26,775 nucleotides of DNA, from positions 124,001 through 150,775 of the forward strand of contig LVLI01000336.1 in assembly GCA_001687465.1 (NCBI GenBank), given 5' to 3'. A program made the translations under genes and the position numbers. Below the pieces are notes generated by a model. It saw only the letters and a list, made by a program, of their open reading frames with translations, made no database searches and was not told where the DNA came from. Source of the stretch: Halocafeteria seosinensis. Lineage: Eukaryota. This document shows, piece by piece, positions 19,442-26,775 of the stretch. The stretch's first letter is position 1. The number at the start of each line of letters is the position of its first letter.

Positions 19442-21853
19442 ATGAAGGAGGAAGCGAAGCCGACGAACAAGGAAGACAATGGACGTCTGCGGAAAATCTT
19501 TGAAAGCATTGATGAGAGTACGTAGACCCAACCAGGGTATTTGTCCTGTCCTTCGGATGAGGTGTGGTCAACACTGTCTCCAATGATTATTATTCACAAC
19601 CTTTAGCGCCATTCTGAATGGTTGCGTGAGGAAATTTTGAATAACTTAGACATGCATATGAGGAGGTGGCCTTTTCTGGATGGACTGTGTTTCATCATTT
19701 ATTAGGAACTATATGTGCACTATGTTTACATTTTTCATGCTTGTGTGTTTGTACAGATGGAGACGGTAAACTGAGCCCCGAAGAGGTTCGTCGCTTTATT
19801 TCCGCAGATGAGACTCCGACCGATGGGAGCCGGAGCTCCAATGCTACTGGGCTTACCCCTGCGTCGGCAAACAGACTGCACAAAGGATCTACTGGAGCTC
19901 CTCATAGGGAGGGAGAGGCCGAAGGCCGTGAGCTAGATGAAGAGACGGCGACGAGAATGATTGAGGTGCTCGATCAAGACAAGGATGGTACAATTGACTA
20001 CACAGAATTCAAGAGGTATGTATGTCATTTTCTTTTGACGCTACGGAGAATTGCTATGGCATGGTTCTCTCTTGCAATGGGGCAGAGCTTTTGAGGACGT
20101 GGAGGGCCAGTTAACGAAGGAAAGGCTACGAATAGTATGGCTGCAGCGTTCAAAATCTAACGTTGACTTCTCCGGAAACGATTTTAGTTCTCTGCTGCCG
20201 GGAGGGAGCATTTCATTGGATATTAACTCATTTCGTCTATTCCTAGCGGGTGGACTAGGCGGACTTGTCAGTCGAACCGCCACAGCTCCTATAGAGAGGG
20301 TTCGTCTATTGCAGCAAACTCGAGGATCTTCTTTTGGCTCCGCCAAGTATATTTTGGAAAGTATAATCTACCAACAAGGAATCAGAGGGCTTTGGCAAGG
20401 GAACTTGGCTAATTGTTTGAAAGCCATTCCCCAATCGGCCCTCGTATGTGCAGTGTATGGAAGCTCTGTTGCGGCTTTAGAGGCCTATAGCGATGACTCG
20501 GATGTGGCACCAGCGTCAAGACTAGCTGTTGGTGCTTTGGCTGGAGCTTTTGCTACTACTTGCACGTATCCTTTGGATGTTATAAGAGCAAAGCTAGCTG
20601 TCCAGCTCCAGGATCCTGGAAACGGTGGAAAGGGATCGGAGTCTATAAGGCGAGCTGCTACAGCTCCCAAGCCGCGACATTCAATTTTGCATCATCGAGA
20701 CCTTTGGGGATCCAATACTCCGTCAGCATTACCTGTTGCATCCCGCATACGTCCCAAAGGGTCAGATTACTTGCTGCGTGCACGGTTTCGACGAGTTCTA
20801 CACATTGCGAGGATCGATGATGTTGTTAAAGCTGTCACTTTTGCGAGGAGCATAGATTCTCGAAGGAGAGAAGGCAAAGTTTCTCCTCGCTCTCTGTGGA
20901 GCATAAAACGGCTATTTTCGAAGCCGCTGATAAGCTGGTGGAAAGGGTTTGAGATGCGAATGCAGCCGAGATACTCAGCTCAACGGACTCCTGCGAATGC
21001 CTTATCGTCCTCGGCCTCTCCCCCGTTGAACCGAATTCCTACCCGTTACCAAAATCGTATCAACCCGACCTCGTTCTCCAAGAGCAGCCTTCTGAACGGA
21101 ACAAATGTAGGAAGATTACGCCGTGGATGTGTAAGACCCCTCTGCTTCAGCTACGTGTTTCCGCTCTCCGCCCGATGTCGAGGCTTTGTGCCAGTGCACC
21201 CTCATATAGTTCACTCCAGCGCGTCGACGCCTCATCAGACGTATCCGTTTCGGATCCTGCAGTATTTTCGTCTGGCCAATACCAAAGCTGAATTCCTCTC
21301 TCTGTCAAATGATCCCAATAGCCTTGTACGACTTGGAAACTTTGGTATCGCCCAACTTGGAGGCAGACGGGTCAATGCCACGGCCCCAGCAAGCGACCAA
21401 GAGTACAAAGGCATTCTTGATACATGCAGAAAAGTTTTTAAAAATGAAGGGTACTCCGGTTTATTTCGGGGAATCCGTCCGACGCTGGTGGGTATGACCA
21501 CGTTTATTGCAATCCAGCAGGCGGGATTTGATGTCTTCGTAGAGTGGTTTCATCGTATGTTTAACCAGGAGCAGCAGAATGCTGCCTCTACGTTAGTGGC
21601 TTCGGCCGTTGCTGGAACTATGGCTCAGACGGTCGTCCACCCCGTTGATACTATCCGAAGAAGAATCCAAGTCGCCAAGGTTAGGTCAGCCCGAAAACTC
21701 GGTTTCTGGGATATCAGTCGCTACGTTATATCACAGCATGGCTGGAGAGGATTCTACGCCGGTCTCCTATCTACATACGGCAAAGTGGTGCCCAGCATTA
21801 CAATTTCACTGACAGTGCGTGAAATTGTCTTGGGTAGGCTGCAATGGTCTTGA
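19442..21853 (+). CDS. Calcium-binding mitochondrial carrier (SLC25, SCaMC/ATP-Mg-Pi carrier-like), exons 19442-19517, 19757-20015, 20086-21853 (~700 aa)
   Basis: EF-hands IDENGDGKLSPEE (split by the intron at 19518-19756) and LDQDKDGTIDYTEF. Three carrier repeats: SRTATAPIERVR, YPLDVIR and HPVDTIRRRIQ, with YKGILD, LWQGN and FYAGL. The intron at 20016-20085 keeps the frame. Confidence 0.9.
19574..19669 (+). ncRNA. Box C/D snoRNA D (double guide, 18S and LSU rRNA), within intron 19518-19756
   Basis: Stem ctgtctcc/ggaggtgg, C ATGATTA (19583-19589), D' CTGA (19614-19617), C' GTGAGGA (19626-19632) and D ATGA (19658-19661). The 14-nt D guide acttagacatgcat is antisense to 18S AUGCAUGUCUAAGU. The D' guide ctttagcgccat is antisense to the conserved LSU segment AUGGCGCUnAAG. 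Confidence 0.88.
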
Positions 21854-22281
21854 GTGCCTCTGTGGCGGAAGGCATTGTAGATCTACCAGCACACACCTGC
21901 TGCTGTTTGTTTCAGGTTGTGTACTGTAAACCCAACGAACAGAACTCCGATAAAAGAGTCCCTGGAGGACTCCAGTTCGATCAATTGCGTCTAAACTGTA
22001 TAATGTCAAATACACTGTTATGAGAACCTTGTAGAACAAAGGGGGTTCTGACCACCTCTACCGATAGTACATGGTTGTGGTGGGTTGCCCAACTCACGGT
22101 TAGGTTCGGTGATGGGTTCCAGTGTCCCGCACCTCTTCCCGAGAGTTGTTTATTTCACTAGGATTGTTCCACCCACTGGCAGTCGGTGATTTATTATTTG
22201 TTGATTCCACTTGTGAACTGCGCACTATAGTAAAGAAGGCGAGAGTGTGTAATATAGGCGATTCTGTCCAACTTCCTGCCC

Positions 22282-24206
22282 ATGGGACGCCCAACCAGGA
22301 AAGACAAGGAGGAAGAAGAGGAGGATAATCAGTCCGATAATGGCTCTCCACGCTCCTCTAGTGTTACACAGAGGCGTAGACATCGTCATCAACATGGACA
22401 AACAAAGGAGAGGAGAATAGAGCAGGAGAATAAGACGAAAACAGCCGGCGCCACAACTGCAGACCCGGCGGCGGGAGGCGCTTCCAAAAGTCGAGGCCAG
22501 ATTATACTATGGGGACTCCTTTTCCTCCATCTTTACCTGGTGGAAGGCGTAGTACAGGGACTCAGCAGCGTGGTGCCGCTGCTGCTGCAGCCGCTGGGCT
22601 TTGGATACGCTGCAAAAGGGACGTTTTCGGTCATTTGGTGGTCCTATTTGGGGCGAGTTATCTTCGCTCCCATCATTGATACAATACATCCTCTGAAAAA
22701 AATTTTGCCCACCGTTCCACGGCATATCGCCTGGATTGCCGGACTGGAATTAGCGGCCGCGGGGGTCCTGGGACTGGCGGTATACACAGTAGCGCCCATG
22801 TTCATGGGCACCAAATCCTGCGAAGTTTCGACGTTAACCTATGTCTTTCTTGGAATGAATCTAATGGTACGTCGGCTGAATTTTTAGCTTTTCTTTGCTC
22901 CTGAATATTCAATTACTTGGATTCACTCGACGCGCAGATGGCTTTACATAAAATCGCAGTGGATTCCTGGGCTTCCTCCGAATTACAAAGCGTGTTACCG
23001 GCAGGCTACGCATCGAGCATTGAGTCCATGGGATTCACCATTGGACATGTTTGTTCATACACAGTTCTTGCTGTGTTCCACTCGAATCCAACTGCAGCCA
23101 AAGATGAAGTGAACCCCAGTGATGACGAAATAATAGGCCTGAGAATCAGCATGACCAATTTTATGGCATTCTGGGCAGTGGTTTTACTCTGTTCTTCATT
23201 TCTGGTGTTTTCTCTCACCCCTCGGCTGAAACAAGGAGAAAGGGATATTGGGGACGACGGAACAGAGAGGGGTGCGTTTAGTGGATTTTCGAGCTTTGGA
23301 AGTATATTGACCAAGAAGAATATAATCTTGTTGATCTTCTTTCTTTTGACCTGCCGGTTGCCTTTTATTATCCTTAAAAGCGGAGGTGACTTAGCATTTG
23401 TGAGCCGAGGGATTGACTTGAGTCTGCTTGCCAAAATGCAACTGTTTATGGTGCCAGTGGAACTTCTTGTTCAATGGTGGACGGGGTACATGTCATCCCG
23501 GAAGAACAAGAGCATATTATACTTGTGGAAAGTGGGGTTTGTGGTGAGAATAGTTCTTCAATTATTATACATTCCTGCTCTAATGTGGATCTCTTATATT
23601 AGTGCGGCTGCAAGAACATCCAACGACCCGTCTAATATAAGGCCCATGGACTGTGATGATTTCATTGATTACGAGATGCCGACAGTGATCGATTGTATCG
23701 GAGACGTAGATGAAGTTCCCGTGGGTGGTGCCAGGATTTTGTCTTCGGTTCATCATGCGTTTCATGCCATTGGTATCACCCATGGCGATATATTGGGTGT
23801 GCTTCCATTGGCTATTCTGCATATTGCATCGCAGCTTGCACTGGTTTTGATGACTGTTCCTCAGAGAGCCTTTTTCAAGGAGATAGCCGATCCTCGGCTG
23901 AGCGGAAGTTATATCACTCTACTTAATACAGCTGCAAACCTTGGTGCAATGTGGCCTGCGCCCTTGGTGCTCCGAGCCGTGGACTGGTGGAAACACTGCG
24001 ACCCAAATGTTTATCAAATCTGTCAGTGGCAGCAAACACATTTTCCCAACATGGGAAGTTATGAAATAGTTCTCATCCTCAGCTGTCTCTACGGATTTAT
24101 CTGGATTGCGGCCAGTAGTCATCCTCTCACAGTTCTGGAGAAGTCTCCCAAGTCAGAGTGGGAGCTAGCCGACGATAGGTACACTTCCAAATCCAAGAAA
24201 GAGTAA
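22282..24206 (+). CDS. Acetyl-CoA transporter 1 (SLC33A1/AT-1, AmpG-related MFS)-like protein, divergent; exons 22282-22866 and 22938-24206 (~617 aa)
   Basis: About 11-12 hydrophobic segments. Motifs FAPIID, IAVDSWA, GYAS and AFFKEIADPRLSGSYITLLNTAANLGAMWP, the last closely matching the AT-1 segment DPxxGGTYMTLLNTxxNLGGxWP. The 71-nt intron at 22867-22937 keeps the frame. Confidence 0.85.
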
Positions 24207-24376
24207 AGATATACCTAAATACTGCAAGTAGTAGAATTGTACAACAAACAAATAAGATTTTTTGACTGACACTTTTTTAGGCGAAGCGAAGCTAAGTTCC
24301 CCCACAACCAAGTGGTGGTAGTTAACGTTCCCCAAGCCGGTTTGTTTGATTTTTGTCTTAAACTTTGTGTTACATC

Positions 24377-25372
24377 ATGATGATGAAGAAGAGTGGTGGT
24401 GGTAAAAGTAAGCTCTCCAAGCTACAGGAACGCCTGCAGAATCGGCTGGAAAGTGGTCAATTCCGGTGGATTAATGAGCATTTGTACTCCAACCCGGGGG
24501 AGACTTCCCACGCTTTATTCAAGGAACAGCCTGACTTGTATCGCGTGTACCACGCCGGGTACTCGAGCCAGGTGCGTAAATGGCCTGTGAACCCTCTAGA
24601 TGTCATTATTGGGAAAATCGAGCAGCATCATCGTCGTGGCGTCATTGCTGATTTCGGCTGTGGGGAAGCTCGATTAGCTCAATCTGTGACAAATAAGGTC
24701 CATAGCTTCGATTTAGTCGCCTCGAATCGCCATGTGACAGAGTGCAATATCGCGAATGTACCCCTCAAAGATGATTCAGTAGATGTGGGCGTGTTTTGCT
24801 TGTCCCTCATGGGAACCAACTACCCTGAATTCCTCATGGAAGCCCAACGCGTGCTACGGCCCCACGGGAAGCTCTACATTGCAGAGGTCCGGTCCCGATT
24901 TGAAAGCGATTCCGCTTCGTCCGAGCTGAATGAAGACCGGACGGGCGTGAAACGCACGCAAAAGGACCTAGGAGATGTCCCGCAGCAAACGGAAGGCTTG
25001 AAACAATTTAAAAGGATGATGAAAAAAATGGGATTCCACTGCGAAGCGACAGATAAATCCAACAAAATGTTTGTCCTCATGGAATTCCGATTACAACCTG
25101 CCAATGATACCGCCGCTGGTGCGTACTCGGCTGCCACCACCAGCGCTGGAGAAGGAGCAGGAACGACGTCGACGATCTCGTCGCCGGCATCAGCTTCAGG
25201 GATGAAAGCAAACCGGAAACGTAGGAGAAATTCCAAAGCGTCAGCTGGTAGGGAAGAAGCAATTGTAGCTCCGGACCAGTCTACACCGTCCAAGAAAAAG
25301 AAACAAGTAAATAAGGAAGAGGTAATGAAAGAAGCTGTTTCATTACGTGCTTGCAAATACAAGAAACGATAG
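24377..25372 (+). CDS. RRP8: Ribosomal RNA-processing protein 8 / nucleomethylin (LSU rRNA m1A methyltransferase)
   Basis: RLESGQFRWINEHLYS, YHAGYSSQVRKWPVNPLD, SAM motif IADFGCGEA, CLSLMGTN, AEVRSRF, NKMF and C-terminal LRACKYKKR. Confidence 0.95.
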   Translation: MMMKKSGGGKSKLSKLQERLQNRLESGQFRWINEHLYSNPGETSHALFKEQPDLYRVYHAGYSSQVRKWPVNPLDVIIGKIEQHHRRGVIADFGCGEARLAQSVTNKVHSFDLVASNRHVTECNIANVPLKDDSVDVGVFCLSLMGTNYPEFLMEAQRVLRPHGKLYIAEVRSRFESDSASSELNEDRTGVKRTQKDLGDVPQQTEGLKQFKRMMKKMGFHCEATDKSNKMFVLMEFRLQPANDTAAGAYSAATTSAGEGAGTTSTISSPASASGMKANRKRRRNSKASAGREEAIVAPDQSTPSKKKKQVNKEEVMKEAVSLRACKYKKR

Positions 25373-25435
25373 TGCACTCCTGTGAGTGGACCTATTCGTT
25401 GTCGTGTGTGCTCACTCACCTTGCTTGAAGGTTCT

Positions 25436-26775
25436 TCAAGCTTTGATCGAGGAAACGGTACTGGAAATGCTTTGGAGACTCTCGTGATTCAGAGTCCAAT
25501 GATCGAGCTCTTGGGAGGCATGTGCCGCAGCGCGGAGCACCTCTTCGTCAATCTGTTTCTGAATCAATGGCTGACTTAGTTCTTTCAATCTCGAGATGCT
25601 ATTCAAGGAATCTTTCTTGAGTCGCTCGACGTTTTGCAGCACATCCGCCAACCCTGACAAAAGCACCGGGTCTCCGATCTGCTGCAGTTCCGCTGGTGGG
25701 GCTTGCTGGTAAAAATAGTTTAACAGCCTAGCATGTAAGCGTGCTGTCCTTAGAGATATCCTTAGCAGCCTTAGGGGATGGCGCGTTCTAGCTTTCCTGA
25801 TTTCACTGTTCTTCTCCAACTCGAGGAAGGACATGAGGATTTTGTTTACTGATATAAGCGCTTCCGCAATGTGCTGTATGTCAGACGATCGGGATGATTC
25901 TACAGTACCAACTCTCATTAAGGCTTCGCAAGCTTCAGCCATGGTCAAGATGGACTCAGGAGAAAGATCCTTTATTCGATATCCATGTGGATTCTCCTCT
26001 TTTGTATGTTGCGACAGGATATCTGCTCCGGAAGACAGCACTGACAGATATTCACGTGGAGCGACGTACTTCCATGGGAACAACGTCGAACCTTTCAAAA
26101 ATGTAGCGACAGACGAAGGAGTCACATATCTAGTAGTCCTCTCAATGATACGTCTGTGATCTTCTCCCAATAATTGCTTAAATGCCCGCTCATTTTCGGA
26201 CCCTAGCTGCATGGGCTGCTCCACGAGTCGCTCTAATAAGTCAGGCAAGGAAACCACTATAAGCTTGTAATCTATGGGCGAAATCTCAGCGAGTATGCTT
26301 CGATCTTGGTAGGGCGTTTGCTTAATGTCGCTTTTTCCAATGTTCGACTGCACGCTTCTTAAAGCCTTACGGAACGTTTGAATGGAGGCTGCATCACGCA
26401 AGATTTTCGCATGCTGGAGGTGGACATCAATCTTTCCTGATGTATCGTCTCCAGCGACCAACTCAAGGTCAGGTACCAGCTGGTTGTTGAGGGTAATATA
26501 CAACCGTAACAGATCCTCCGTTCGTAGAAGTCTGCTCCCAATATGGGAACTAGCGCATTGCTGTGGTAAGGTTAAAAGAGCAGGTAGCTCAGCTTGTATC
26601 TCGGGCATGCTCTTAGCCGTGTGGCATAAGTGGGCTATCCATTCCATCACTTGAGGAATCAATGAGACATTCTCTGTACCCCAAAACAAGGCATCCGCGT
26701 TCACATTGGGAAGGTCCCCACCCGCTGGAGTCCCACCCGACAAAGTGTATACTGCACTATAGGCAGACGTAATCC
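25436..26775 (-). CDS. Uncharacterised helical protein, 5'-partial (frame open to the window edge)
   Basis: Uninterrupted frame of more than 435 codons with a Leu/Glu-rich helical composition. It stays open from 26743 to the window end and stops at 25436. No family recognised. Confidence 0.7.
   Translation of the reverse strand, partial: ITSAYSAVYTLSGGTPAGGDLPNVNADALFWGTENVSLIPQVMEWIAHLCHTAKSMPEIQAELPALLTLPQQCASSHIGSRLLRTEDLLRLYITLNNQLVPDLELVAGDDTSGKIDVHLQHAKILRDAASIQTFRKALRSVQSNIGKSDIKQTPYQDRSILAEISPIDYKLIVVSLPDLLERLVEQPMQLGSENERAFKQLLGEDHRRIIERTTRYVTPSSVATFLKGSTLFPWKYVAPREYLSVLSSGADILSQHTKEENPHGYRIKDLSPESILTMAEACEALMRVGTVESSRSSDIQHIAEALISVNKILMSFLELEKNSEIRKARTRHPLRLLRISLRTARLHARLLNYFYQQAPPAELQQIGDPVLLSGLADVLQNVERLKKDSLNSISRLKELSQPLIQKQIDEEVLRAAAHASQELDHWTLNHESLQSISSTVSSIKA

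Noticed and set aside
24874..25419. 181-aa antisense ORF over RRP8, and similar shadow ORFs such as 1425-2006 and 23006-23434
   Set aside because: They are antisense shadows of well-supported genes and have no recognisable domains.
1..26775. CRISPR arrays, tRNA/rRNA genes, intact transposons, non-canonical introns or an alternative genetic code
   Set aside because: None seen. All inferred introns are GT-AG, and the genes end in standard stops without in-frame recoding.

Overview
This is gene-dense eukaryotic nuclear DNA with many short (60-83 nt) GT-AG spliceosomal introns, consistent with a compact protist genome. One snoRNA guide fits a stramenopile/SAR-type 18S variant, which is inference only. 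I reconstructed 11 protein-coding genes: a USP22/Ubp8-like deubiquitinase, a 10-intron PGM2, an orphan putative mitochondrial membrane protein, a divergent TOM40, a PPR protein, an ERD2/KDEL receptor, a GT61 glycosyltransferase, an EF-hand mitochondrial carrier, a divergent SLC33A1/AT-1 transporter, RRP8 and a partial orphan gene at the right edge. The most notable element is not in the ORF track. The two unusually long introns of the carrier gene (18908-19435 and 19518-19756) hold four box C/D snoRNA-like RNAs. All four use a non-canonical, covarying terminal box pair (C = R(U/G)GAUUA, D = AUGA/GUGA) closed by terminal stems. Two are double-guide RNAs that share a guide to the 5' end of 18S rRNA. 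The other two are highly structured orphans. The same intron also carries a 16-nt 18S mimic complementary to the shared guide. All rRNA and protein-family comparisons are from memory of conserved sequences; no searches were run.
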